Assembly: GCA_051362555.1 (NCBI GenBank)
Contig: CM120645.1
Coordinates: 21,452,001-21,516,000 of the forward strand
Origin: Lingula anatina
Lineage: Eukaryota; Animalia; Brachiopoda
Direction of reading: 5' to 3'
DNA: 64,000 bases
In this document: positions 40,014 to 54,116 of the stretch, in pieces
Layout of the letters: every line of letters begins with the position of its first letter
Position numbering within the stretch: the first letter of the stretch is position 1
Position numbers and translations under genes: made by a program
The notes under the pieces: model-generated
Told to the model about the DNA's origin: nothing
Seen by the model: the letters and a program-made list of their open reading frames with translations, nothing else
The model's database searches: none

Positions 40014-43000
40014 GTGATAACTGAAAAATCTGTACAGGTACCCACAGTCAAGTTGGCACTTATGAACTGTAGATCAGTGATGAATAAGGGCTCTATCATA
40101 CGCGACTTGGTGAAGGATGATAATACTGATTTAGTTTCCTTAGTGGAAACCTGGATAACACCCAATCTTCAACATTATATGCAAGCCGATATTACCCCAA
40201 CCGGTTACCAGTGTATTCATATATCCCGCACGATTCGAAGAGGGGGTGGAGTTGCTTTTCTTTCACAGGACAGTTTCACAGTAACCCAACAGCCAAAAAG
40301 GATTGATCCATTGTCTTTTGAGTACAATGAGGTTTTAGTTACCGCTATATCAGTGACATTGAGTATCATTACAGTATACAGAATACCGCCATCTAAAACC
40401 AATAATTTGAGAAAAATGTTATTCCTCAGTGTTTTTTCTGATCTCCTTGAGTACCTAGCACCTCTTCGAGGGAAACTTCTTATCATCGGTGACTTGAATA
40501 TACACTGGGATGATCAACACATTTCTGAAACCAAGCAGTTTGCTTCATTAATTGATTCATTTGGACTTACACAGTACGTGTTAGATCCCACCCATGTTCT
40601 TGGCCATACGCTTGAAATGGTATTGGCTAGGGAAAGTGATTCACTTGTAACATCATGTGAGGTAGGGCATTTACTTTCTGACCATCATGTTACCAACACC
40701 ACCCTTAGATGTGACAGACTGGACCCCAGTAAGGAGAAAGTCTCGTTCAGAAAAATCAAGGGCATTGATGTGAATGAATTACAATGACAGGTTACATCAC
40801 AACTGGGTGATTTAAGTTTTGATAATTTGAGTCCTGAGGAATGTCTGCTTCTGTATGACAGGACATTAACAACTGCACTTGACAACCTTGCACCTGTCAA
40901 AACTAAAACATTTGTTAAGAAAGATCTGCAACCTTGGATGAATGATCACATTCTGGAGGCAAAGCGAGACAGAAGGAAGGCGGAGAGGAAGTGGCGAAGT
41001 AGTAAATTAACTGTCCATCATCAGATCTATAAAGAAGCATGTTGCCATGTAAACAAATTAATCTGTGAAGCTAAAGAAACATATTATTCTGACATGATAC
41101 AAGAATGTAATGGTGATACCAAGGCTTTATTTAGAACTGTCAACACTTTTCTGGGAAAAACCAATTGCTCTAAGTACCCCAAAACAGATTCAGTGAAAGT
41201 TCTTGCAAATAACATGAGTGACTTTTTTGTGTCTAAAGTCAGTAATATCAACGCTGAACTTTCTGAATTAGAAAAGACTGTGACTACACCATCGCATCCA
41301 CCTTTGTCAGAACTTTTACAAGAACCGCAGTCACTCATCACTATGTTTGAACCAACAACCACTTGCGAAGTAACAAAGATAATAAACAGTTCCAGAGAGA
41401 CATCATGCATGTTAGACCCGATCCCATCATCATTATTAGTTTAGATTCTTCCGGCTGTAATAAATTTGATTGTGGAAATTATCAACAAATGTTTCACTGT
41501 GGGTGTTTTTCCAAAAAAGTTTAAATCTGTAATAATTCACCCACTACTCAAAAAGGACAACCTTGACACAGATCTTTTGGTAAACTATCGTCCGATTTCC
41601 AATTTGTCATTTTTATCTAAGGTAGTAGAGAGGGTTATAGCAGTTAGACTATTTAAGCATTTAGAAGCAAACAATCTTGTTGAAGAAATGCAGTCAGTCT
41701 ATAAATTTAATCATAGCACAGAATCTGCACTTTTGAGAATTAAAAATGATTTGTTAAATGATTATGTTATTGGTACTGTTAGATTTGTCTGCTGCCTTTG
41801 ATACAGTAGACCATAATATTTTATTAACATTTCTAGAGCAGAGTGTAGGAGTTAGAGATAAGGCCTTGGATCTTTTACGATCCTATCTTGTTGGGAGAAT
41901 GCATCAAGTTAATATAAATGGCGTGCTTTCTGAACTCTCACAGCTTTTATTTGGTGTTCCTCAGGGGAGCGTTCTTGGCCCTCTAAAGTTTTGTGTTTAC
42001 ACGTTACCCCTTGGAGAAATTCTGCGTTATCATAAGATAGGTTACCACTTTTATGCAGATGATACTCAGTTGTACACATCTTGTAACATCCATGATCCAG
42101 CATTGTCTGTGAATACCATTGTTGATTGTATATCAGATCTCAGAGGTTGGTTCATTTCAAACAAATTGAAGATAAATGATGGAAAAACAGAATTTTTAGT
42201 CATTACTCAACCCCACAACAAGGGCCTTGCTCACAACTTGCAACTTAAAATTGGAGCTAGTATGGCATTTTTCTCCCCCCATGTAAAAAATTTAGGAGTA
42301 TACTTTGATTCTACACTTTCAATGGACAAACAGATCTCCAACATCACAAGGTCTTGTTTATTCAACATTCGGAATATTGGCACCATAAAGAAATATCTGA
42401 ATCAATCATCTGCTGCTACTGTTATACACCCATGGTAACTTCCAGGCTGGACTACTGCAATTCTGTATTATATGGATGTCCAGACGATAAGATCAAAAGA
42501 TTACAACACATCCAGAATATCTCAGCACGGCTTTTAATGCTACAGCCTAGGGATTGCCATATCACTCCAATTTTAAAGCAGCTGCACTGGTTACCAGTTA
42601 GGGCCAGAATTTTATTTAAGGTTTTAGTTTTTACACATGCTGCTTTTTATAATCTAGCTCCACCATATATAACTGATCTAGTCAAACATTATAGCCCAAA
42701 AAGATCCCTGAGGTCTGGTGACAAACTTTTACTGAAAGTTCCAAAATCAAGGTTAAAATCATATGGTGACATATCATTTTGTGTAGCTGCACCAGTAGAG
42801 TGGAATAAGTTGCCAATTTTTATTAGACAAATAGAACCTCAAGAATCTTTTAAAAAGGAATTGAAAACTCATATTTTTAAGACATTTTATTCATGAATTT
42901 TAAATTTTATAATTTTAAAGAAACCTTGTATTTTTTACTTTTAATTACTGTTTATTACAATTTGGTTTAGCTCTTATTTATATAATATATATCTTAACCA

Positions 43001-43100
43001 TTTTTATCTATAAACTTCTTTGTATTTTATGTTGTACAGTCTATTGAACATTTTATGGATTTTAGACTTGAAATAAATATATCATTATTATATTATTACT
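40014..43100 (+). mobile_element. L2-clade LINE ORF2 (APE endonuclease + RT), inactivated
   Basis: LMNCRS..., VETW, GGGVA, GDLNIH, SDH (APE); YRPISNL, DLSAAFDTVDH, GVPQGSVLGP, YADD (RT); HITPILKQLHWLPV (L2 C-terminus). In-frame stops at 40787 and 41444, frameshifts at ~41770 and ~42430, AATAAA/ATT-rich tail. Confidence 0.93.
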
Positions 43101-43671
43101 CTTCATAATCTTGTTATTGTGAGCATTAATTATTATTAAGCAACACAATTTTCCCTTAAAGGAATAATAACTCTTCATTTTGGCAAAAAAAAAAAAAAAA
43201 AAAATTCCTGGTCAGGCGTTAACAATTTTCCCATACTAATCAATGGTTAATGAATCCATTTTCCCATTCAAAGTTAGTCTCTGTTTTTTCTTTTTCTAAA
43301 AAGTTTGCTGTTTTTGTAATAATCTTTTAATTAAGAGATTATAACAGAGCATAGCCATCAATGGAGGTCACGTGGTCTAAAGACAAGCTCAGATATCTGA
43401 ATAATAGCTATAACTGCCATTTTTGTGGCACAACAGAATATATTAATGTCTATGAGTTGTTCACAATGTTTTTATTGTAAAATATAGATCTCATACGAAG
43501 AGTTATAATCCCTTTAACAGTGATTAAGAAAGAAAAGTATCAGAGAAGTGTTAATTTTCTTCTCATTATGTATTAAAGGAAAGAGGACTTAACTAAAATT
43601 GAAAAAATGATATTTGGATGGCAGAGAGAAAAGGCACACATAAACTATACACAAGTTTTGTTAACACTTAC

Positions 43672-43797
43672 CCTGCCTTGGTTTTGAGCTTGCCATCTGT
43701 GTTATTTTTCTTCTCATTATGGCTTCGTTTTGTAGGATGATGTTGTTGACTCTTTGTCTCTTCTTTGGCCTTTTTTTCTGTCATCTTCAATGTATGG
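43672..43797 (-). CDS. K/E-rich ZNFX1 N-terminal exon repeat (126 nt, phase 2-2)
   Basis: cactag|C CAT ACA TTG AAG ATG ACA GAA...GCA GG|gtaagt; open, MTEKKAKEETKSQQHHPTKRSHNEKKNNTDGKLKTKA. Confidence 0.65.
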
Positions 43798-44565
43798 CTA
43801 GTGTATAAGATAATGTATTTTAGTAACATGCTGACAGCAAATGAACTAGAATTTAGAAGTTCACTGTTGTCACTAGATGCTGGTTCCATAACCAAAATCA
43901 GTATTTCAAACAACCTGGGCAGTTTTTTCCATTTTTCAAGTTAACAGCAAGACAATAAAGAAATCAATATAGTGTGTGAGGATGGTAATTATGTACTTAT
44001 AAGCAGACAAAGCTCATGTTTAGGGCACCACAGTTGAGGGACATCATACTGCAAGAGAGTCAGCACAGCTGTCAAATGTACAGACATGAACAGAAAATAA
44101 CAGAAATCTTGTACAGAATAGTTTTTTTGTCAAATTTGAAGCAAAATTTAATTTCAGTATGCTTAACTACATGCCTACTTCCAATTTTTAAATGTAACAC
44201 GTTTTTCAAGTCTTGGTTTAATTTACAATTGGCAGTGTGCTTTATGCAGTGTTTAGGTCAAATATGATGCAATACATGTATCACCATTGTGCTTAACTGC
44301 ATAACCACCACCAGTTTTGAATCAAGTACAATGTGTAATAAGTTCGTTTTAAAATTGACACAAACATAGGGCTCCATGTATGTCAATGGGATATCAAAGT
44401 CACATACACAATATATTATTAAATGCTAATATGTGAAAAAATACAAAGATTAATGAAAAAAAATCCAATGAAGCTGGTTATCGCACTTATAAGAATATGA
44501 TATATTTATGGCAAACAGAAAAAGCAAATTAACATAAACAATAAACAATTTTTGTTAACAATTAC

Positions 44566-44691
44566 CTCTCCTTGGTTTTGAGCTTGCCATCTGTGCTATT
44601 TTTCTTCTCAATATGCCTTTGTTTTGGAGGATGATGTTGTTGACTCTTTGTCTCTTCTTTTGCCTTTTTTTCTGTTATCTTCAATGCATCG
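44566..44691 (-). CDS. K/E-rich ZNFX1 N-terminal exon repeat (126 nt, phase 2-2, ATG changed to ATA)
   Basis: cactag|C GAT GCA TTG AAG ATA ACA GAA...GAG AG|gtaatt; reading frame open. Confidence 0.6.
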
Positions 44692-44790
44692 CTAGTGTAT
44701 AATATAATGTATTTTGGTTACATGCTGACAGCAAATAAACTAGAATTTAGAAGTTCACTGTTGTCACTAGATGCTGGTTCCATAACCAAA

Positions 44791-45050
44791 ATAAGAAAAG
44801 CACTCCGAGAGTGCAGACCTCCACCAAGGCATCAACCTTTTATTTGTATTGATAACTGATCCGGATCACCACCAAAAACTAACTACTTCTAAATTGACCC
44901 ATATCTGATCTACCCTGAAAATTTCATCAAAATTGGTCCATTACCTTTTATGTCATGTTGATGATTGATTTTTGATTTTTGATTGATTGTTGATCCAGAT
45001 CACCACCAAAAACTAATCACTTCTAAGTTGACCCATTTTTGACCTACCCT
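44791..45050. mobile_element. Helentron/DINE-like non-autonomous fragment
   Basis: aagaaaagcactccgagagtgcagacctccaccaagg followed by duplicated gatcc(g/a)gatcaccaccaaaaactaa units. It interrupts the exon-repeat unit. Confidence 0.45.
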
Positions 45051-45202
45051 ACCCATATAAATGCTAATATGTGAAAAAATACAAAAAATCAAGAAAAAAA
45101 TTCAATCAGGCTGGTTATCGCACTTTAAAGAAAAAGATGTACATATTGATGGCAGAGAGAAAAAGCAAACATAAACAATATACAAGTTTTGTTAACACTT
45201 AC

Positions 45203-45328
45203 CCTTCCTTGGGTTTGAACTTGCCATCTGTGTTATTTTTCTTCTCATCATCCCTTTCTTTTTGGGGATGATATTGTTGACTCTTTGTCTCTTCTTCTGC
45301 CTTTTTTTCTGTCATCTCCAATGTATGG
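45203..45328 (-). CDS. K/E-rich ZNFX1 N-terminal exon repeat (126 nt, phase 2-2)
   Basis: cactag|C CAT ACA TTG GAG ATG ACA GAA...GAA GG|gtaagt; MTEKKAEEETKSQQYHPQKERDDEKKNNTDGKFKPKE. Confidence 0.65.
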
Positions 45329-46029
45329 CTAGTGTATAGTATAATGTATTTTAGTAACATGCTGACAGCAAATAAACTAGAATTTAGAAGTTCACTCTTG
45401 TCACTAAATGCTGGTTCCATAACCAAAATCAGTATTTCAAGCAATCTCAGCAGGTTCCCCCCTCCCCCCCAATTTTTCAAGATAACAGCGAGACAATAAA
45501 TAAATCAATATAGTGTGTGAGGATGGTAATTATGTATTTATAAGCAGACAAAGCTCATGTTTAGACAGCACAGTTGAGGGACATTAAGCTGCTGCAGACA
45601 ATAAGGCAGCAAAGCTGTGAAATATACAGACATGAACAGAAAATAATGGAAATCTTTTGCACAGAATAGGATTAGGTCAATTTTGAAGCAAAAATTACTG
45701 TACGCTTAACTGCATGCCTGCTACCAATTTTTAAATAACATGTTTTTCAGGTCTTGGTTTTACAATTGGGAGTGCGCCTAAAGCAGTGTTTTGGTCAAAT
45801 TAGATGCAATATTTACATTATGCTTAACTGTATATATATATATATATATAATCACCAACAATTTTGAATCAAGTATAATGTGTAATAAGTTCATTTAAAA
45901 ATTGGCACAAACATTCAGTAGGGCTTCACACAGGTCAGTGGGATATCAAAGTCAAATGCACAATATAAATGCTAATATGTGAAACAAGGCAGCAAAGCTG
46001 TCAAATGTACAGACAAAAAAACAGAAAAT

Positions 46030-49000
46030 AAAGATGCAAATAAGTGAACAAGACAGCACTGTTCTGAAATGGGTTTATTTCCATTTTTAACAACTTTTAA
46101 CATAAAACAAAATTAACAGTTTACTGCCATTTTTATATGATCAACTAAGAAAATTGATGAGATGGGAAAAATATCAATAGAATAGTGTTAAATGTCCAAT
46201 TTCTTCCATTCTGAGATTCTGAACATAGTGAATGATTCAATCTGACAAACTGCAATGATATGAGTTTATTTCCATTTTTGAAACTTTATTACACAATAAC
46301 AAGTTTAACATCATTTTTACAAAATCAACTAACAATGTTGTAAAGATGCAGGAAATGTCAAAAAAACACTTTTACATATCTTATTAATTAAATAATGAAA
46401 CTGTTAACATGCCTAAGAATTGAATCTAAGGAAATGTAAAAAACAGCATAACTTCTAAAATAGTGGCCCGATTAAGCTGATTTTTGAACTTAACCTGCGT
46501 TTTAGCAGGATTGACCACTCCTGTGAGTTTAATGACAATTGGCCTATCTGTTTTTCTTATATTGTGTTTACAGTGTTGCATATATGCTGAAAAGTGAAAA
46601 AACAGCATAACTTCTACAATAATGGCCTGATCATGCTGATTTTCGAACTTGACCTGCATTTTATGAATATTCATCAGCTCTGTAAATATAAAGCCAAAAA
46701 GTAAAACTGCCTTCCACTTATCGTGTTTACAAGGAAAGTGCACGGCGACGACGGCGACGACAGACGCAGGTGATGGCAATATGTACAGACACATCTATAT
46801 ATATTTACTGTACTGTTTGAGAACAGTAAGTGACATGGTTTTTCTTAAATGGTCATCATGGGAGTAGTGCCCAAAATAGTTTTTTTTCAAATTTTGATGC
46901 AATATTACATAATGTTTAACAGCATGATGACCATCAATTTTTAATAATAAAATATTAGTATCATGGTTATTCAGAAAATGTGACTAGCAAAGGTCTTCAG
47001 GCCCATGGAACTTCTAAGTCACAACTTGAAAATGACAAAATGTAAACAAGACAGCACTGTTCTGAAATGTTTTTTTTTTCATTTTTAACAATTTTTAACA
47101 TAAAACAAAATTAACAGTTTACTGCCATTTTTATATGATCAACTAAGACAATTGATGAGATGGGAAAAATATCAACAGAGCAGTGTTAAATGTCCAATTT
47201 CTTCCATTCTGAGATTCTGAACATAGTGAATGATTGAATCTGACAAACTGCAATGATATGAGTTTATTTCCATTTTTGAAACTTTATTACACAATACAGG
47301 ATAACAAGTTTACCATCATTTTTACAAAATCAACTAACAATGCTGTAAAGATGCAGGAAATGTCAAACAAACACTTTTACGTATCTTATTAGTTTAATAA
47401 TGAGACTGTTAACATGCCTAAGAATTGAATCTGAGGAAATGTGAAAAATATGCTGAAAAGTGAAAAAACAGCATAACTTCTACAATTATGGCCCGATCAT
47501 GCTGATTTTCGAACTTGACCTGCGTTTTATGAATATTCATCAGCTCTGTAAATATAAAGCCAAAAAGTAAAACGGCCCTCCACTTATCGTGTTTACAAGG
47601 AAAGTGCACGGCGCCGGCATCGGCATCGCCATCGCCATCGGCGACGACAGACGCAGGTGATGGCAATATGTACAGACATAAAAATGCAGAACTTCAAGAA
47701 AAACAAGGCAGCAAAGCTGTCAAATGTACAGACAAAAAACAGGAAATAACTATGCACAAAATAGGCTACTGTCAATTCTGATGCAAAAATACATTATGTT
47801 AAACTGCACATTCAACATCAAATTTTAATTATCCTCAACAGATGTAATTAAAATATGTGACAAGTTTACACTTTGAAAATGTATAACTTCCAGAAAAAGA
47901 AGTTCCTTAGACTGCTTTTCCAACTCAGACTGCATTTTAGTCCTGTATTTCTTTTTTGAAAGTTTGGCAATCATAAGTAACATGGTTTTCCCATAATGTC
48001 ATCATGGCAGCAGCACCCAAAATTGTGTTTTCTTCTATTCTGATGCAATATTACATAATGGTTAACAGCATAATAACTCAATTTTAATAATAAAATATAC
48101 ATATCATGGATTTTCAGAAAATGTGACTAGCATGGGTCTTCAAGCCTGTGGAACTTCAAAGTCACACCTTGAAAATGCCAATATGTGAAAAATTAAATTT
48201 TCACAAAATAACTGTTTAACTGGCAGCAAGAATTACCAGACTGACTGTATTTCCTACTGAAGCTGTATTTTAGTCCCATGTTTCTTTCCTGTAAGTTTGA
48301 GAACAGTAAATGACATGGTTTTTCTTAAATGGTCATCATGGGAGCAGTGCCCAAAATAGTTTTTTTTTCAAATTTTGATGCAATATTACATAATGTTTAA
48401 CAGCATAATGACCATCAACTTTAATAATAAAATATTAGTATTATGGATATTCAGAAAATGTGACTAGCAAAGGTCTTCAGGCCCATGGAACCTCAAAGTC
48501 ACAACTTGAAAATGCCAAAATGTAAACAAGACAGCACTGTTCTGAAATGTTTTTTTTTTTTCCCATTTTTAACAATTTTTAACATAAAACAAAATTATCA
48601 GTTTTCTGCTGTTTTTATATGATAAACTAAGAAAATTGATGAGATGGGAAAAATATCAACAGAGCAGTGTTAAATGTCCAATCTCTTCCATTCTGAGATT
48701 CTGAACATAGTGAATGATTGAATCTGACAAACTGCAATGATATGAGTTTATTTCCATTTTTGAAACTTTATTACACAATACATGATAACAAGTTTACCAT
48801 CATTTTTACATAATCAACTAATAATGTTGTAAAATTGCAGGAAATGCCAAACAAACACTTTTACGTATCTTATAAGTTCAATAATGAAACTGTTTACATG
48901 CCTAAGAATTAAATCTGAGGAAATGTGAAAAAACTGCATTTCTTAAAAATAATGGCCCGATTATGCTGATTTTTGAACTCAACCTGCGTTTTAGCAGGAA

Positions 49001-52000
49001 TGACCACTCCTGTGAGTTTAATGACACTTGGCCTATCTGTTTTTCTTATATTGTGTTTACAGTGTTGCATATATGCTGAAAAGTGAAAAAAAAGCATAAC
49101 TACTAAAATAGTGGCCCGATCATGCCGATTTTCGAACTTGACCTGCATTTTATGAATATTCATCAGCTCTGTAAATATACAGCCAAAAAGTAAAACTGCC
49201 TTCCACTTATCGTGTTTACAATGAAAGTGCATGGTGCCAGCGACAGCGACAGTGATGGCAACGACGACGACGACGACAGACACAGGTGATGGCAAAATGG
49301 ACAGACACATCTGTACATATTAACTGTACTGTTTGAGAACAGTAAGTGACATGGTTTTTTTTTAAATGGTCATCATGGGAGCAGTGCCCAAAATAGGTTT
49401 TTTTCAAATTTTGATGCAATATTACATAATGTTTAACAGCATAATTATCATCAATTTTTAATAATAAAATATTAGTATCATGGACAAATAGTAAACGTGA
49501 CTAACAAAGGTTTTTAGGCCGATGGAACTTCAAAGTCACACCTTCACAATGCCAAAATGTAAACAAGACTGCACTGTTCTGAAATGGGTTTATTTCCATT
49601 TTTAACACTTTTTTAACATAAAACAAAATTAATAGGTTACTGCCATTTTTATAAGATCAACTAAGAAAATTGATGAGATGTGAAAAATATCAATAGAACA
49701 GTGTTAAATGTCCAATTTCTTCCATTCTGAGATTCTGAACATAGTGAATGATTGAATCTGACAAACTGCAATGATATGAGTTTATTTCCATTTTTGACAC
49801 TTTATTACACAATACACGATAACAAGTTTACCATCATTTTTACATAATCAACTAACAATGTTGTAAAGATGCAGGAAATGTCAAACAAACACTTTTACGT
49901 ATCTTATTTCTTAAATAATAAGGCTATTAACATGCCTAAGAATTAAATCTGAGGAAATCTGAGGAAATGTGAAAAAACAGCATAACTTCTAAAATAATGC
50001 CCCGATTATGCTGATTTTCGAACTCAACCTGCGTTCTAGTAAGACTGACCATTCCTGTGAGTTTAATGACAATTGGGCTTACTGTTTTTCTTATATTGTG
50101 TTTACAGTGTTGCATATATGCTGAACAATGAAAAAACCGCATAACTACTAAAATAGTAGCCCGATCATGCTGATTTTCGCACTTGACCTGCGTTTCAGTA
50201 AGATTAATTATTCCTGTGAGTGTCATGACAACAGGCCTTACGGTTTTCCTTAAAATGTGTTTACAAGGTTGCATATATCCTGAAAAGTGAAAAAACAGCA
50301 TAACTTCTACAATAATGGCCCGATCATGCTGATTTTTGAACTTGACCTGCGTTTTATGAATATTCATCAGCTCTGTAAATATAAAGCCAAAAAGTAAAAC
50401 TGCCTTCCACTTATCGTGTTTACAAGGAAAGTGCACGGCAACGGCATCGGCGACGGCGACGACAGACGCAGGTGATGGCAATATGTACAGACACATCTGT
50501 GTCTGTACATAAAAATTAAATTTTCACAAAAAACTGTTAAATTGCCAGAAAAATTTACCAAACAGACTGCGTTGCCTATTGAAGCTGTATGTTAGACCCA
50601 TGTTTCTTTCCTGTAAGTTTGAGAACAGTAAGTGACATGATTTCCCTTAAATGGTCATCATAGGAGCAGTGCCCAAAATAGGGGTTTCTTCAAATTTTGA
50701 TGCAACATTACATAATGTTTAACAGCATAATGACAATCAAATGTTATTAATAAAATATTAGTAACATGGACATTCAGAAAATGTGACAAGCAAAAGTCTT
50801 CAAGATCATGGAACTTTAAAGTCACACCTTGAAAATGCCAATATGTGAAAAATTAAATTTTCACAAAAAACTGTTTAACTGCCCAAAAAAAAAAAAAAAA
50901 AAAAAAAAAAACCAAACAGACTGCATTGCCTACTGAAGCTGTATTTTAGTCCCATGTTTCTATCCTGTAAGTTTGAAAACAGTAAGTGACATGATTTTCC
51001 TTAAATGGTCATCATGGAAGCAGTGCCCAAAATGGGGGTTTCTTCAAATTTTGATGCAATATTACATAATGTTTAACAGCTTAATGACCATCAATTTTTA
51101 ATTATAAAATATTTGTATCACAGATATTCAGAAAATGTGACTAGCAAAGGTCTTCAGGCCTATGGAACTTCAAAGTCACGCCTTGATAATGCCAAAATGT
51201 AAACAAGACAGCACTGTTCTGAAATGGGTTTATTTCCATTTTTAACACTTTTTTAACATAAAGCAAAATAAACATTTTACTGCCATTTTTATATGTCCAA
51301 CTAAGAAAATTGATGAGATGGGAAAAGTATCAATAGAACAGTGTTAAATGTCCAATTTCCTCCATTCTGAGATTCTGAACATAGTGGATGATTGAATCTG
51401 ACAAACTGCAATGATATGAGTTTATTTCCATTTTTGACACTTTATTACACAATACATGATAACAAGTTTACCATGTTTTTTACACAATCAACTAACAATG
51501 TTGTAAAGATGCAGGAAATATCAAACAAACACTTTTAGGCATCTTATTAGTTAAATAATGAGACTGTTAACATGCCTAATAATTGAATCTGAGGAAATGT
51601 GAAAAAACAGTATAACTTCTTAAGTAATGGCCCGATTATGCTTATTTTCGAACTCAACCTGCGTTTTAGTAAGATTGACCACTCCTTTGACTATAATTAC
51701 AATTGGCCAATCCGTTTTTCTTATATTGTGTTATCAGTGTTGCATTTATATTGAAAATAGTGAAAAAACAGCATAAATTACCTAAAAGTGACCCGATCAT
51801 GCTGATTTTCTAACTTGACCTGCGTATTATGAATATTCATCAGTTCTGTAAGTTTCAAGTCAAAAGGTAAAATGGTTTTCCACTTATCGTGTTATCGGTG
51901 CTGCATACATGCTGAAAAAAGTGAAAAAACAGCATAAATTCCCTAAAAGTGACCCGATCATGCTGATTTTCGAACTTGACCTGCGTATTATGAATATTCA

Positions 52001-52438
52001 TCAGTTCTGTAAGTTTCAAGTCAAAAGGTAAAATGGTTTTCCACTTATCGTGTTATCGGTGCTGCATACATGCTGAAAAAAGTGAAAAAACAGCATAAAT
52101 TCCCTAAAAGTAACCCGATCATGCTGATTTTCGAACTTGACCTGCTTATTATGAATATTCATCAGTTCTGAAAGTTTCAAGTCAAAAGGTAAAATGGTTT
52201 TCCACTTATCGTGTTATCGGTGCTGCATATATGCTGAAAAAAGTGAAAAAACAGCATAAATTCCCTAAAAGTGACCCAATCATGCTGATTTTCGAACTTG
52301 ACCTGCGTATTATGCATATTCATCAGTTCTGCAAGTTTCAAGTCAAAAGGTAAAATGGTTTTCCACTTATCGTGTTATCGGTAAAAGTGCACGGCGACGG
52401 CGACGACGGTGACGACAGACGCAGATGATGGCTAAAAA
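46030..52438. repeat. Composite macrosatellite built from a Helentron-like (HINE) element plus spacer
   Basis: Five element copies (~46415-46795, 47415-47680, 48900-49312, 49930-50500, 51580-52438), each with a (CGA/CGG)n microsatellite and 1-7 internal ~120-bp subrepeats (gctgattttcgaacttgacctgc). They alternate with a repeated spacer (aagacagcactgttctgaaatg...). The last copy starts TTTTTAGCC on the minus strand. Confidence 0.8.
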
Positions 52439-52954
52439 TTCAATCAGGCTGGTTATCAAATTTAAAAGAAACTTCCATTTTTTGTAATTTTAGGTATCGT
52501 ATGCAGGGATGTTTTCCCTTTAAGGTTTTCACAGAGGAAAATGCATGATGACATCTGTATATGAAAACATAAATGAAAGGGAAAAGGGCTGAGCAAAAAT
52601 TAAGAAAATAATATATTGATGGCAGTGGGAAAGGAACTGTAGAACTTACATAATGGCTATGTGATAACATCTCAAACAATTATGGTTAAGTGTTGCATTG
52701 CAGTGGTTATGTAGTGGTAAACTAGCCAATCATATTTATTGGACTTGTAGCATTGGGTCATTTGCATAACTGGTACTATAAAAAAGAGCTGCACAGGTAG
52801 TGCAGTGGTTAGTTATTGTTCTCTTGTGTTAGAGTTACTTCAGGTGTCCAGGTAGACTTCAGCAGATATCATAAGTTTGTAAAAATACCAAAATATTCAG
52901 TGTGCTACAGAACAAATATAAAGTTAACAGTACACATGTCATGTTTACACCTAC

Positions 52955-53073
52955 CCTTCCTCGGCTTTGAGCAGGCTTTCTGTGTCACATTTATCTTTCT
53001 TCTCATTATGCCTCTGCTTTAGTGGTTCATGTTGTGGACTCTGCATTTCTTCTTTTGCCTCATTTTCTGCCAT
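52955..53073 (-). CDS. Probable first coding exon of ZNFX1 copy C
   Basis: caatag|ATATGCATTGAAG ATG GCA GAA...GAA GG|gtaggt; MAENEAKEEMQSPQHEPLKQRHNEKKDKCDTESLLKAEE. Homologous to the first coding exons of copies A and B, with a phase-2 donor. Confidence 0.7.
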
Positions 53074-53877
53074 CTTCAATGCATATCTATTGTGTAATAT
53101 AATAATGTACTTTGGTTACATGTTGACAGCAAATAAATTAGCATTGCAATGTTCACTGTTTCTCTAGATGCTGGTTCCATATTCAACATTAATACTTAAA
53201 GTAATCAGTACAAATTTCTTTTCTATTGTAATACAACAGCTTGATAATAAATAATTAATATCTATATACTGGTTCCATATCCAAAATCAGTGTTTTAAGC
53301 AATGTGTCCAAGAAAAATTTGAGAATTCTTTCTGTCTTTAATGAGATAGCTGGGAAATAAAATAAACCAGTATAAAACCGAAATTATATAGTGATACTGG
53401 TATTTGGACAACAGAGAGAAAAGAACAAAAGAGGAATAATATGATATGAGGAGTAAATGAGTGTCAGTGAAATTTTTATTTGTTTTAAGACTGCTTGCCA
53501 CAAGTTACCTGGCCAGGTATCGGGGCACCATACAGCTAATAGTGCAATGGGCACCGTAAAACCAAAACCAGTCTTGTATCATGTTTATCATTAACCCCAT
53601 GGCATGCATTCACACATTATGAGTTACCAGGGCCACAGATTGATTTTTTCACTAGATAATAACGGATATGTCTCTGGTTAAATAGATGGCTATAATCTCT
53701 GCACTGTGACCCTGTTCTGAAATCTCAAGGATGATTACATGGCTTGTAATCGTTTGCTTAACTACTCAGGCATGTTATCTTAGCAAGTCCCTACCAAGTC
53801 CCTTTGACAGTAATCAAGATAGTTTTAAAATTGCTCATATGTGACAATAAAACAGCCCTTAATTTTATGATTATTTG

Positions 53878-54048
53878 CAGGGGCAGATTTAGGACGTCTT
53901 CAGGGTCTTCTGGAAGATGGCCAGATCGAGTTTCAAGTTTACATTGCCGGATATCTAATTTTTCTGTCAGAAGATGGTCAAAAATGGAGGATGGATCAAC
54001 AAAGATCATTTGGAAGACTTTCAGAAAATATCTCTGGATCTGCCCCTG
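53878..54048. mobile_element. Small MITE
   Basis: TIR CAGGGGCAGATTTAG / CTGGATCTGCCCCTG. Confidence 0.6.
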
Positions 54049-54074
54049 ATATGTGTTAATCTAGATTCAAAGTG

Positions 54075-54116
<42 letters not shown>

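Noticed and set aside
46426-50496. Repeated ORFs MCLYILPSPASVV...HFPCKHDKWKAVLLFG
   Set aside because: Translations of a non-coding repeat element with non-ATG starts and no recognisable domain.
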